Below, piece by piece: positions 9,297 through 18,712 of a DNA stretch of 64,000 nucleotides (positions within the stretch are counted from its first letter, which is position 1; every line of letters starts with the position of its first letter). A program made the position numbers and the translations under genes. Under the pieces are notes generated by a model. It worked only from the letters and a program-made list of their open reading frames with translations, ran no database searches and had not been told where the DNA came from. This stretch comes from Pseudomonadota bacterium (lineage in GTDB: Bacteria; Bdellovibrionota_B; Oligoflexia; Oligoflexales; CAIYRB01). The DNA lies in NCBI GenBank assembly GCA_031416315.1, contig JANOTL010000065.1, forward strand, positions 24,157 through 88,156, written 5' to 3'.

Positions 9297-10184
9297 TTAA
9301 AGCGCGAATTTTTTCACCAAATCGGCGGCAATCGGGTTTTGTATACGACGCTGCGCCGCGATGAGCCAAAGCTCCTCGTGCACGTTCGGAAGCGTTCCTA
9401 GCACGAAGAGGTCCTTGGCCGCGACCAGCTCCTCGGCGGCGGGATGCGGCAGGGCAATGAGGCCGTGTCCGTGGGCGGCCATGAGCTTCATCAATGCCGG
9501 GTCCTCGATTTCTGCGATGCGTTCGACTTTGATGTCATTGAGCTTCAAGAAGTGGTCGACGTCGTGACCAAGCTTGCTTGCCCCGGTCGAGAATATGAAC
9601 GGCTGGTCGGCCAGCGACGCCGGAAAGCCGCGTTTCAGGGCCGCGAACGATGCGTCGCCGCAAACGATGACCGGCATCCGCATGATGATCTTGGCGAAAA
9701 AACCTTTGGCATCGCCGACCGGCGGCGGATAGTTCGCGACGATGAGATCGAGCCGATTGGCGCGCAGCTCCCGAAGGAGCTCGTCGCCGTGGCCGTCCGT
9801 GACGGTCACCAGGCAATCGAAATGCTCGCGCGCGTGCTCGAGCACCTTGAGGGAAAGGTGCTTCGGCACCGAGGTCGTTACGCCGATTTGGATCTGCACC
9901 TTTTCGGCCGCGTGTTGATCGCTCAGGACGTCCACCATCTCGTCACCAAGACGGAAGATCTCTTTCGCGTATTCCAGCGCTTTGACGCCCGCCTCGGAAA
10001 GTTGCATCTGGCGCTTGGATCGGTCGAAGAGCTGGTAGCCGAGTGTCTCTTCGAAACGTTTTAACTGAGTCGACAAAGTCGGTTGCCCGAGACGAAGCTT
10101 CTTCGCGGCTTTGGCGATCGTCCCGCTTTCTGCGATCGTCTTGAAATAGAGGAGATGATGATAGTTGACCCATGGCCTCGGCAT
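9297..10184 (-). CDS. LysR-family transcriptional regulator, NhaR-like
   Basis: WVNYHHLLYFKTIAESGTIAKAAKKLRLGQPTLSTQLK HTH of the NhaR subgroup plus a substrate-binding domain. Confidence 0.9.
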   Translation of the reverse strand: MPRPWVNYHHLLYFKTIAESGTIAKAAKKLRLGQPTLSTQLKRFEETLGYQLFDRSKRQMQLSEAGVKALEYAKEIFRLGDEMVDVLSDQHAAEKVQIQIGVTTSVPKHLSLKVLEHAREHFDCLVTVTDGHGDELLRELRANRLDLIVANYPPPVGDAKGFFAKIIMRMPVIVCGDASFAALKRGFPASLADQPFIFSTGASKLGHDVDHFLKLNDIKVERIAEIEDPALMKLMAAHGHGLIALPHPAAEELVAAKDLFVLGTLPNVHEELWLIAAQRRIQNPIAADLVKKFAL

Positions 10185-10299
10185 ACTCGACCCCTTCTTT
10201 GCGGCGAAGTAAGCAAAATACCACCCGTGCTACCGGCATACGCGCAAAAAAATTGGGCCATTGGTCAGGTCAACGACGTGGAGGTGCGTCGGCGCGCAT

Positions 10300-11088
10300 G
10301 CAAGAGCGTTCGTGGCCGCATGATTGGGAGACCTCCTAGAGCACCGCTCGCGACGCAAGTCCGACGCCCCAATTCACCGCGGACTCGATGACCTCTCGGG
10401 AGGCGTCCAGGCTCGAAATCCGATTCCAACTCGCGGCGAGCGCGTCGGCTCGGACTTGCAGCTCGACCCGATGGACGTAGAAACGATGACCGCTGGAAGC
10501 GCTTCTGGCAACTGGCGTACGCCGTTAGGCAAAGGCTTTGCCAGTCAAGGCCACCCCAGGATTTTTGGCGAGCGCAACAAGCCAGAGGTCCGTGGCGCTC
10601 AGCGCTTTCGCCTCACCCTCCGCAAGTGCGCCCAGGGAGCCTGGAAGAGTCGCCGACGCCGCCTGCGCCCTGCGAGGGTTAGGCGCGCCGAGTAAGGCAT
10701 GTACTTGCCCGAGGAGGATTACGAAGCCGATTCCGGCGAGTGTTCCGCTCAAGGCCGGCTTCGGCAAAAGCATGAAGAGCCGCCCGGCGCGAAGGGCGCC
10801 GAGCCCAAGTTGAAGAAAACCGGCGAGGACCGTCGCGATCGCAAGACCGACGATCCCGACGGACTGCACGATCGCGTTCACGAGCGCGGTCAAGCCCACC
10901 GCCGGCCCGGACACCATGCGCGGCGCGCCGCATACTCGCCCGACCACGATACCGCCGATGACGGCGGCGATGATCCCGGCGGCGGGGGACGCACCAGAGG
11001 CGAGCGCGAAGCCGAGGGACAAAGGGAACGCGACGATGATAACGCCGAGGCTCGCTCCTGGGTCGGAGCGGCGGAAATTGAGGCTCAT
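10300..11088 (-). pseudogene. SulP-family (bicarbonate/sulfate) transporter, truncated and frameshifted
   Basis: SulP N-terminus (ASLGVIIVAFPLSLGFALASGA...VSGPAVGL) stops at 10525 after about 187 aa. Out-of-frame remnants LPNGVRQLPEALPAVIVST and SGALGGLPI (about 10322-10348) follow; no STAS domain. Confidence 0.8.
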
Positions 11089-11107
11089 CTCGTTCCTCCG
11101 GCTTTCT

Positions 11108-11815
11108 TCAGTTCGAAAGCGCAACAGCGACGGATTGGTCACGGTCTACGAGACCGTGGCGTTCCGTGCGCTGCGAAGATTCGCGCGGCTCAACGAAGTC
11201 GACGGAGCCGTGATGCAGGTCGTAGACCGCTCCGGCCAGGACGAGCACACCACATTCTGCCATGGCATTGAGAAGGTTACTGCGGTATCGCAGTTGCTCC
11301 AAGCTGTGCTCGACGTTGAGCCGCGTCGCGGCGTCGAGGCAAAGATGCGCGTCGCGACGGGGTACAGCCGCGATCGCGCGGCGGGCAGACGGCGCGATCT
11401 CGGCCACGATGTTTTGGATGTTGTCGGAGTCGGCGCGGTCGCCCTTGGCGATTAAGTCCAGCGTCGCCTTCACAGCGCCGCATTGCGAATGGCCCATGAC
11501 CACTACTAGCTTGGTCCCGAAATTGGCGACCGCGAACTCGATGCTTCCAATCAAAGACGGCGCCACGATGTTGCCGGCGACGCGAACTACGAAGAGATCT
11601 CCTAGTCCACAATCGAACACGGTTTCGGCAGGCACGCGCGAATCGGCGCAGCAGAGCACCACGGCGAACGGCGTCTGTCCGCGGGCCGCCAGCTCGCGTC
11701 GGCGCTCCGGGGCCGTTGCCGCGAACGTGTCGATCGAGCGGAGGCCGCTCGCGAAACGTTGGTTACCTTCTTTGAGGCGTTTCAGCGCCTCGAGCGGGGA
11801 ATTGACCGATTTCAT
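11108..11815 (-). CDS. Beta-class carbonic anhydrase
   Basis: ALKRLKEGNQRF, Zn ligands CADSRV and GHSQCGAV, GDLFVVRVAGN. Confidence 0.95.
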   Translation of the reverse strand: MKSVNSPLEALKRLKEGNQRFASGLRSIDTFAATAPERRRELAARGQTPFAVVLCCADSRVPAETVFDCGLGDLFVVRVAGNIVAPSLIGSIEFAVANFGTKLVVVMGHSQCGAVKATLDLIAKGDRADSDNIQNIVAEIAPSARRAIAAVPRRDAHLCLDAATRLNVEHSLEQLRYRSNLLNAMAECGVLVLAGAVYDLHHGSVDFVEPRESSQRTERHGLVDRDQSVAVALSN

Positions 11816-11964
11816 CGGGGGGCCTTTCGAACGGAAGGTAAAATCGATGGTTCAATCCTCGCCGTCGCTGCCGACAGCGCGCCGCGACGAGCCGTCAGAT
11901 ATGCATTGACGGCCAACAGCACGAGAACTGCTGAAAGGTATGGGTGGAAAATCTGGTCGACCAT
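11812..11964 (-). CDS. Unannotated 50-aa single-TM peptide coupled to carbonic anhydrase
   Basis: GAGGAGG-5 nt-ATG; MVDQIFHPYLSAVLVLLAVNAYLTARRGALSAATARIEPSILPSVRKAPR*; TGA overlaps the carbonic anhydrase ATG (ATGA). Confidence 0.6.
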   Translation of the reverse strand: MVDQIFHPYLSAVLVLLAVNAYLTARRGALSAATARIEPSILPSVRKAPR

Positions 11965-12062
11965 TCGAGCCTCCTCTGGCCGCGCTGATCATCGCGCTGC
12001 CGACACTTCAATCATCGGCGACGACGTCGATTTTCTCAAAGCGATAAATGCGACACATGAAT

Positions 12063-12272
12063 TCACTTAATACGACGTTTAGGCGCAGAGTTCTCCGGAA
12101 GAACGAACCTTCGCTTCAAGAGCTCGGTCACGATCAGCGTTTCGAAGAGTGCGCCACGCAGCGGATGGGCGGTGAGGTGACGCAGCTCGTCGATGCGCAG
12201 CAAATGGCACGCGAGGCCCGTGTCGAGCATGTAGATCTTCGGGGTCTTTACTAGACGCTTCCCGAGGTTCGC
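12063..12272 (-). pseudogene. Fragment of AAA+ ATPase/DUF4143 gene
   Basis: Start-less frame ANLGKRLVKTPKIYMLDTGLACHLLRI...HPLRGALFETLIVTELLK matches the DUF4143 signature; Walker motifs absent. Confidence 0.75.
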
Positions 12273-12496
12273 GCGGGCGACAAAACGGTCACATCCCTTG
12301 CCTGAAATCCGAAGGAGCGGATATCCGCCCCTTGCATTCGGCGAGTGCTGGTCCGCGCTAGCAAGCCCGCCTCATCGCGGATTCGTTCGCTTACGAAACA
12401 TCGGACGATCGGCATTCCTGCTTCTTGGCTTCCAGATAAAAAAATCAACTCAAGTCACCCCTGCACTCACCCACGCCACCCGGTCTTCCTAACCTT

Positions 12497-12528
12497 CCCC
12501 GCGACCCTCAAGCCCCGCGACCCTCAAG
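12497..12528 (+). repeat. Tandem 16-bp duplication CCCCGCGACCCTCAAG x2
   Basis: Two exact adjacent copies at 12497-12512 and 12513-12528. Confidence 0.9.
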
Positions 12529-12562
12529 CAAGCTCCCGCAACAAATGCGAAATTTCCCGCCC

Positions 12563-12590
12563 TCAATCGCCAGCGCCAAAATGCCGAAAC
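12563..12590 (+). promoter_or_regulatory. Putative sigma28-like promoter
   Basis: TCAAT-N15-GCCGAAAC, ending 6 nt before ATG 12597. Confidence 0.45.
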
Positions 12591-12596
12591 GAGGGC

Positions 12597-13631
12597 ATGA
12601 AATCTTTATTCCTTGCCTCACTCTCAGTCGCGCTCGCCCTCCTGGCTTGCAGCAATGAATCCGTCCTCTCAGGCTCGGACAAAAAGTCGTCAGGCACCAC
12701 CGCCGGCAAAAAGCCGAGCGGCGACGTCGGCAAGGACGATGACGACGGCTCCGGCAAGGGCGACGATGACGACGATTCCGGCTCGGGCTCCACCGCGAAG
12801 CGCAGTTCCGGCTCGAGCGCGAGCAAAGACGACGACGACTCCGACACGACCGCCGGAGGGATCGTCACCGAGCCGACTGTCGCGCCGACTCCGGGCGGAG
12901 GCACCGATGCCGCGCAGCCCGATGCGGCGCCGCCGCCGCCGGCCGACCCACGCAAGGACATCGTCGCGCAGCTGAAGCCCGCGGCGCAGGCTTCGGGAAC
13001 CGTTCTCTGCGTGTTCGCCTCGGCGTCGGTGAATTTCATCGGTACGCATACAGGCTTCGCGCGCGCCAAGAGCGCCGGCTTCTACCACTACTTCATGGAT
13101 ACCCGCGGCAAAGGCCGGCTGATTGCGAACGGCGACGGCAATTCGCCTTACTACGCCGAAGCCGCCAACGGCACTTGGCGCTGGTTCGCCGGCGTCGATC
13201 AACCGCGAATTCTTTACAACGGCGCGCCCGGCGGCATCTCGGGAATGACGGCGTTCGCGACCCTGTTCCCCGCCGCTCGCGAATACCAAGGCATGCTCCC
13301 TGCCGAATACGTCGGCAAGCCCGACGTCCTGAAAGCCCAATGGGACGTTGTCATGGTCGAGGTGCATCCTGGCAACACCACGGCCGGCGATGGCCCCGCG
13401 ATCGCGACCTTGAAGAGCTATGTCGAAGATCACGGCGGGGCGGTCTATTTGTCGTCGGAGTACAGCGTGGGCGGCGGCGGCCTCATCGACGCGGTGACGA
13501 CGCCCTTCGGCTTCACGTTCTCCGCGAGCAGCCAGTCGTTGACGTACAAAGGCGTGCCGCTCCAATGGCTCGGTGAGCCCGAGACGGATATTGCCGTAAG
13601 GGACTGCGACGGCGACATGCTCCCGAAGTAA
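12597..13631 (+). CDS. Lipoprotein with Asp/Ser/Gly-rich linker and globular C-terminal domain
   Basis: MKSLFLASLSVALALLA-C lipobox; low-complexity linker; C-terminal LKSYVEDHGGAVYLSSE is reminiscent of GATase-like folds (weak). Confidence 0.7.
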   Translation: MKSLFLASLSVALALLACSNESVLSGSDKKSSGTTAGKKPSGDVGKDDDDGSGKGDDDDDSGSGSTAKRSSGSSASKDDDDSDTTAGGIVTEPTVAPTPGGGTDAAQPDAAPPPPADPRKDIVAQLKPAAQASGTVLCVFASASVNFIGTHTGFARAKSAGFYHYFMDTRGKGRLIANGDGNSPYYAEAANGTWRWFAGVDQPRILYNGAPGGISGMTAFATLFPAAREYQGMLPAEYVGKPDVLKAQWDVVMVEVHPGNTTAGDGPAIATLKSYVEDHGGAVYLSSEYSVGGGGLIDAVTTPFGFTFSASSQSLTYKGVPLQWLGEPETDIAVRDCDGDMLPK

Positions 13632-13737
13632 TACGAGCAATCGCAGACGGCCCTGATTCTGCTATAAGGGCAGCCAAAGCCGCGCATCGTGATGCCTGAT
13701 TGGCTCGCGCCGCCCCTTATATCGGAAGTAAAAATCG

Positions 13738-15990
13738 ATGTTTAGATGTCGTCGCCTCGCCCTCACGCTCGTCTTTGCCGTCTCCACGTTTCAGTCGGCT
13801 TGCGGACTTCTGCGGAAGGAAGCGAACGACGTGACCGGCGGGGCGGGCGGCATCGGCGCCCGTGAGCGGGCCAACTACGCCTCCTGGAAAGCAAATCCGC
13901 GCAAGGCCTGCACGACGGCCGCCGCGTTCGAAGGCAAGACCGAAGGCGAGGACGTGGGCCTCGACGCGCAGGTCTTCCTGCAGCAGACAAGCGGTAGCCT
14001 CGCCGTCCGCGACGCCGCCGGCGGCTTCTTGCTCCTCGGCTCCGGATACGGCCTGACCGGCACCACGCGCTCCTCCCTGGGCCGCCAGCTGACGGTCAAC
14101 GGCGACAAGAAAGCCTTCGAGGCGGAGATGGAGCGCCAAGGCTCGAATTGCATCGTGAAGCTCGACGGCAAGCAGGTCTACGAGACCGAGATCCTCGCCT
14201 CGGTGCCCGTTCTGGCCTTCGGCCGCGGCCCCATTGCGGCGCCCGTGACGACGCCCGCTTACATCCGCACGCAAGCTTGGGGCGTCGAGAGCCACGGCCT
14301 GCTGGAGGCCGTCTTCGGCGGCGCAGTACGCGCTGCCGAGCTGGACGCCGAGCTGGTGGCGCTTCTGCCCTTCACCGCCTCGTGGCCGAAGTCCGAGCGC
14401 GCCCGCCTTTTCCCGGCCGAGCGCCTCGGCGGCCGTCACGTCGCCTTCTTTCCGCCGGAAGCCGGCCTCGTTCCGTTCAACAGCGAGCACCCCGCCCTGA
14501 CCGGCGCCGAGGCCAGCTGGACCGCCCTCGGGCAATCGACCGGCGAGGCGAGCTTCGAAGTTTACGTCACGCCCCCGCTCTTCGCGCGCGAAGGCTTCGG
14601 CAACAAAGCCGACACCGGTCTTTGGCATCTCGCCGTCACCGTCACCTGGGAAACGCCTTCGGGCACCTCTCTGCCCAACTACAAATTGACGAGCCTGACG
14701 CTCGCTGACCCGGTTCCGTTCGACGGCGCGCGGATGGCCGCCTGCATGCAGCAGCGTCAAAACGCCTTTGCGTTCACGGGCCTTTACGGCAACGATGCGT
14801 ACTCTCCGCACTTCGACGGCGTCGTCGGCGCTTGCGCGGCGCTTGCCGCGGATTCCGATCGGGCGCTCTATGACATTCCCGAGGCGCGCGCGCTCGTCAC
14901 CGCGCACTTCAGCGGCGTCACCGGCAAGGCAGGCGTCGGTTATGGCGGCTGGGAGGGCGGCCTCGCCGCGCTCGCACGCCAAGCGGTCGCGCGCAACGAG
15001 GGCGTCGCCGCGATGCTTGATCCTGTGGGCGCCTCGCCTTTGATCGCGCACCTCGACCGCTACGCGCAAGCCATCGTCGCGGGCACGGCCGCGCGCCCGA
15101 CCCTACGCGAGAAGACGGCGGGCTACGTCGACACCTTCGGCCTCACGTGGGCCCTGCGCGGCGAAGAGGTCGACCTCGCCCTTCTCGACCGCTTCCTCGC
15201 CGCGTTCGAGCGCGCCATGCTGCCGTTTCCGGAGTCCGTGGACGCCTGGATGGGCGACATCCGTTCTAAGCCGAACGCTCCGGAGCAAGCGACGCGCGCC
15301 GACTACGCGCTCGCTCTGACGGACGAGACGATCGGCGCCGTGCTCGAGCTTCGCCGCGTGGCCCTCGCCGCCGGCCTCGACGGCGCGCTCGCGGATCTGA
15401 AGTTGGACGACGTGATCCAGGCGGCGACGCCGGTCGACGCCCTGCTCCCGGCTTGGTCCCTGACCATCGCCGCGCTCACCGACTTCAAGAAACGCGACCT
15501 GCTGCGCGCCGAAGGCGAGCGCCAATTCAGCTTCGAAAGCAACTTCCTCGACCTCGCGCGCCGTGGCATCAAAGAGGACTGGGTCGAAGCCGACCTGGTC
15601 AACGTCGAGACGATCGCCTCGGTCGCCAGCCACGACGAGTTCTGCAAGCGGAGCTCCGATGTCAGCACCCTCTTCGCCTGCAAGAACGCCGCGGCCTTTA
15701 CCCGCGAGGCGAAGGGTTTTCTCGCGCCGGAGCGCGCCGCGGCCTACGTAGCTCTGGCGGGCGAGATGAGCCAGATCCTGAAGGGTCTGACCGACAGCAG
15801 CGACTGGTCGCTGAAGATCGACCTCGTCCGTTCGTTCTTCGAGCCGGTGTGGAAATCCTGCGACGCGGGCGGCATCAACGCCAACCGCGAGACCTTGAAG
15901 GGCCTCCTGGCCCAGCGCGCGAAGGCGGAGACGTTCGCGCGGTTCGAGCTCGATCGGAAAATCTCCGATCTCTTGGATGCGTGCCGCTAG
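13738..15990 (+). CDS. Large hypothetical lipoprotein (750 aa)
   Basis: Signal peptide ending QSA-C; GC3-rich codon usage; no family recognised. Confidence 0.7.
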   Translation: MFRCRRLALTLVFAVSTFQSACGLLRKEANDVTGGAGGIGARERANYASWKANPRKACTTAAAFEGKTEGEDVGLDAQVFLQQTSGSLAVRDAAGGFLLLGSGYGLTGTTRSSLGRQLTVNGDKKAFEAEMERQGSNCIVKLDGKQVYETEILASVPVLAFGRGPIAAPVTTPAYIRTQAWGVESHGLLEAVFGGAVRAAELDAELVALLPFTASWPKSERARLFPAERLGGRHVAFFPPEAGLVPFNSEHPALTGAEASWTALGQSTGEASFEVYVTPPLFAREGFGNKADTGLWHLAVTVTWETPSGTSLPNYKLTSLTLADPVPFDGARMAACMQQRQNAFAFTGLYGNDAYSPHFDGVVGACAALAADSDRALYDIPEARALVTAHFSGVTGKAGVGYGGWEGGLAALARQAVARNEGVAAMLDPVGASPLIAHLDRYAQAIVAGTAARPTLREKTAGYVDTFGLTWALRGEEVDLALLDRFLAAFERAMLPFPESVDAWMGDIRSKPNAPEQATRADYALALTDETIGAVLELRRVALAAGLDGALADLKLDDVIQAATPVDALLPAWSLTIAALTDFKKRDLLRAEGERQFSFESNFLDLARRGIKEDWVEADLVNVETIASVASHDEFCKRSSDVSTLFACKNAAAFTREAKGFLAPERAAAYVALAGEMSQILKGLTDSSDWSLKIDLVRSFFEPVWKSCDAGGINANRETLKGLLAQRAKAETFARFELDRKISDLLDACR

Positions 15991-16014
15991 GAGCTCTAAA
16001 CTGTCGGTTAGTTA

Positions 16015-16360
16015 GACCCTGGCGCTTTCGCGCCAGGGTCTATCCCGAGCGGAGCGAGGAATCTCGCGGCGCTACCCATAGCGTCCGTCACGCGACCCTC
16101 GCTCTCGCCGGATTCCCCGGCAATTTCCCGATCGCTTGATCATGCAGACTTTCCTTCCCTGCTCGCTGCGCCCTGGTCAGTTGCCGCAGATTGAAGCCGA
16201 GGACAGAGGCGTACCCGGCGGCCAGTGTTGCCGCGTCGCTCTTCATGCGACTTCTTCCGATCTGCCCCCCATGATGGTGCCGGGAAGCGGCGGCGCAGGT
16301 GTAATCGCCGAGATCCCGCGCTCCGCGCGGGATAGACCCTGGCGCGAAAGCGCCAGGGTC
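16015..16360. mobile_element. MITE-like element (346 bp) with long terminal inverted repeats and 6-bp TAGTTA target duplication
   Basis: Ends GACCCTGGCGC...GCGCCAGGGTC; about 55-bp imperfect inverted repeats; TAGTTA at 16009-16014 and 16361-16366. Confidence 0.75.
16088..16273 (-). pseudogene. Probable IS5-family transposase C-terminal remnant inside the MITE
   Basis: HGGQIGRSRMKSDAATLAAGYASVLGFNLRQLTR resembles the IS5-type DDE C-terminal helix ending NLRxL; no start codon. Confidence 0.5.
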
Positions 16361-16417
16361 TAGTTAGCGTGCGACGCACCGTCCGTGGGTGCGTCACAAC
16401 GAACACTCCGTCAGTTT

Positions 16418-16438
16418 CACAGAACACAATGTTCTGTG
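16418..16438. promoter_or_regulatory. Palindromic operator-like site upstream of the DUF4360 gene
   Basis: CACAGAACA-caa-TGTTCTGTG, perfect 9-bp arms. Confidence 0.45.
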
Positions 16439-16523
16439 GATCCCTTGTATGCCGACCGCCGCCGGGTTATTTCATTCCTTGCGAGGGATCCCCCTCGAAC
16501 TTGCCCCCGCAAGGAAGACCACC

Positions 16524-17216
16524 ATGATCTCGTCCACCACCAAGTCGCTCACCTTCTCCTTTTTCGCCCTGATGGCCGCGATGTTCGCGGCCACCGCGGC
16601 CGAAGCCCAGGTCATCATCACGGATCCCATCCGTGACGACGGCCAAATTGACCGGCCGACCGAGTCCGGCAACCGTCCTTCGTACGTCCGTCTCCGCAAC
16701 TTGAGCTATGCCGGCAGTGGCTGCCCCGCCGGCAGCGTCGCGACCAACGTCAGCGCCTCGCGCGACTCCTTCACCCTCCTCTTCGACTCTTTCGTCGCCG
16801 AGTCGGGCCGCGGCATTCCCCTGAGCCAGTCGCGCAAGAACTGCATGCTCTCCGTCGACCTCGACTTCCCGAGCGGCTGGTCATACACGGTCGACACGCT
16901 CGAGACGCAGGGCTACGTTGCGCTGGATCCGGGCGTCCGCGCCGACGTCACGACGTCATTTTACTTCCAAGGGCAGACGGCCACGGCGCGCTTCAGCTCG
17001 AGCTTCTACGGCCCGACCTCGCGCGACTACCACATCCGCGACACGCTCGGTCTGAGCGCGCAAGTCTGGTCGCCCTGCGGCATGCAGCGCGCCCTCAACT
17101 TGAACTACTCGATCCGCGTCAGCGGCGGCTCGGGCGGCCGCGGCCTGATCACGATGGATTCCCCGGTCGACGGCAGCCCGCGCCCCTTTACGCTGCGCTG
17201 GCAACGTTGCCGGTGA
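16524..17216 (+). CDS. Secreted DUF4360-family protein
   Basis: Signal peptide ending AEA; YAGSGCPAGS, FTLLFDSFVA, RKNC, GYVALD, WSPCG motifs. Confidence 0.85.
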   Translation: MISSTTKSLTFSFFALMAAMFAATAAEAQVIITDPIRDDGQIDRPTESGNRPSYVRLRNLSYAGSGCPAGSVATNVSASRDSFTLLFDSFVAESGRGIPLSQSRKNCMLSVDLDFPSGWSYTVDTLETQGYVALDPGVRADVTTSFYFQGQTATARFSSSFYGPTSRDYHIRDTLGLSAQVWSPCGMQRALNLNYSIRVSGGSGGRGLITMDSPVDGSPRPFTLRWQRCR

Positions 17217-17236
17217 TCTCCGGTCTCTGGGGCCGG

Positions 17237-18712
17237 TCACGACATCCAATTGTGATCGGCCTGCATGCTCCACTTCGTCGTGACCTTCTTCAAATCGCTC
17301 CAGAAGTCGAGCACGCTCGCGCCGGTCATGTCGCCCTGACCGAACTTCGAGGCCTTGGTGCCGCCGAAGGAGAAGGGCTCGCGCGGCACCGGCACGCCGA
17401 TGTTGACGCCGATCATGCCGGTCGTCGCGCGGTCGGCGACGTAGCGCGCCACCGCGCCGCTCGTGGTGAACACCGAGGTCGCGTTGCCGAACTCGTTCTG
17501 GCTCTCGAGCGCCATCGCCTCGGCCAGGTTCTTCACCCGGACGATCGTGAGCACGGGGCCGAAGATCTCCTGCTGCGCGCACTCCATCTGCGGCGCGGCG
17601 CGGTCGATCACCGTCGGCGCGATCCAGTTGCCGGCTTCATAGCCCTTGGGCGGCAGTGGCTTGCGCCCGTCGACGGCGAGCTCGGCGCCGTCTTTGGTGG
17701 CGCGCCCGATGATCCCTTCGATGCGCTCCAGAGCCGCGCGGTCGATGATCGCGCCCATGCCCGCGCCGATCTTCACGTCGCGCGCGGCGGCCTTGACCTT
17801 CTCTAGGAGAGAGTCGACGTCGCCGACCGCGACGAGCAAGCTCGCGGCCATGCAGCGCTGGCCGGCGCAGCCGATGAAGGAGTCGAGCACGCCCTTGACC
17901 GTCATCGCGGGGTCGGCGTCGGGCACGACGATCAGGTGGTTTTTTGCGCCACCCAGGCAGAGTGCGCGTTTTCCGTGCCCGGTGGCGCGCTGGTAGACGG
18001 CTTTCGCAACGGGAGTCGAGCCGACGAAGCCGACGGCTTTCACCAGCGGGTGGTCGATCAGGGCCTCGGTCGTGGCCCGCGCGCCGTTCAGGATGGAGAA
18101 GACGCCGGCCGGGAAGCCCGACTCGACGGCGATCTCGCCGATCAACTGGCTCGTCAGGGGCACTTTCTCCGACGGCTTTAGGATGAAGCAGTTCCCGAGC
18201 GCGAGCGCGATCGGATACATCCAGAGCGGCACCATCGCCGGAAAGTTGAAGGGCGCGATGCCGGCGACGACGCCGAGCGGCTCGCGGCTCATTTGGCAGG
18301 TGACGCCGCGGCTCACCTCCATCACGCCGCCGACCTCGAGGTTCTGCAGGGAGAGCGCGAACTCGAGGACCTCGATCCCCTTCATGATGCCGGCCTTCGC
18401 CTCGTCGACCGTCTTGCCCGCCTCGGCGGCGGCGCGGTGCGACAGCTGCGGAAGCTTGGCGAGCATCAGCTCGCGAAAGCGGAAGAGGTACTGCGCGCGC
18501 TCCTTGATCGGCATAGCGCGCCAGATCGGGAACGCCGCCTGTGCCGCCTCGACGAGCTGGGCGACTTCGGCCTGCGAAGACTCGCCGACCTTGCCGATCA
18601 CCTTCCCCGAGTACGGGCTGACGATTTCGCGCACCGCGCCGCTCGGCTCACGCCATTGGCCGCCGGTGAGATTGCGGCACGTGACGACGCTTGCGGGCAG
18701 TTCGACGAGCAT
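17237..18712 (-). CDS. mmsA: CoA-acylating methylmalonate-semialdehyde dehydrogenase
   Basis: PFNFPAMVPLWMYP, LKPSEKVP, FVGST, GGAKNH, GCAGQRCMA, EIFGPV, GVPVP...FSFGGTK. Confidence 0.92.
   Translation of the reverse strand: MLVELPASVVTCRNLTGGQWREPSGAVREIVSPYSGKVIGKVGESSQAEVAQLVEAAQAAFPIWRAMPIKERAQYLFRFRELMLAKLPQLSHRAAAEAGKTVDEAKAGIMKGIEVLEFALSLQNLEVGGVMEVSRGVTCQMSREPLGVVAGIAPFNFPAMVPLWMYPIALALGNCFILKPSEKVPLTSQLIGEIAVESGFPAGVFSILNGARATTEALIDHPLVKAVGFVGSTPVAKAVYQRATGHGKRALCLGGAKNHLIVVPDADPAMTVKGVLDSFIGCAGQRCMAASLLVAVGDVDSLLEKVKAAARDVKIGAGMGAIIDRAALERIEGIIGRATKDGAELAVDGRKPLPPKGYEAGNWIAPTVIDRAAPQMECAQQEIFGPVLTIVRVKNLAEAMALESQNEFGNATSVFTTSGAVARYVADRATTGMIGVNIGVPVPREPFSFGGTKASKFGQGDMTGASVLDFWSDLKKVTTKWSMQADHNWMS

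Noticed and set aside
16013..16362. Palindromic repeats as a CRISPR array
   Set aside because: Only two copies, in inverted orientation, with no spacers or cas genes; MITE ends fit better.
16422..16434. GAAC-N-GTTC as a LexA box
   Set aside because: Spacer is 5 nt rather than 4, and the downstream gene is not a repair gene.
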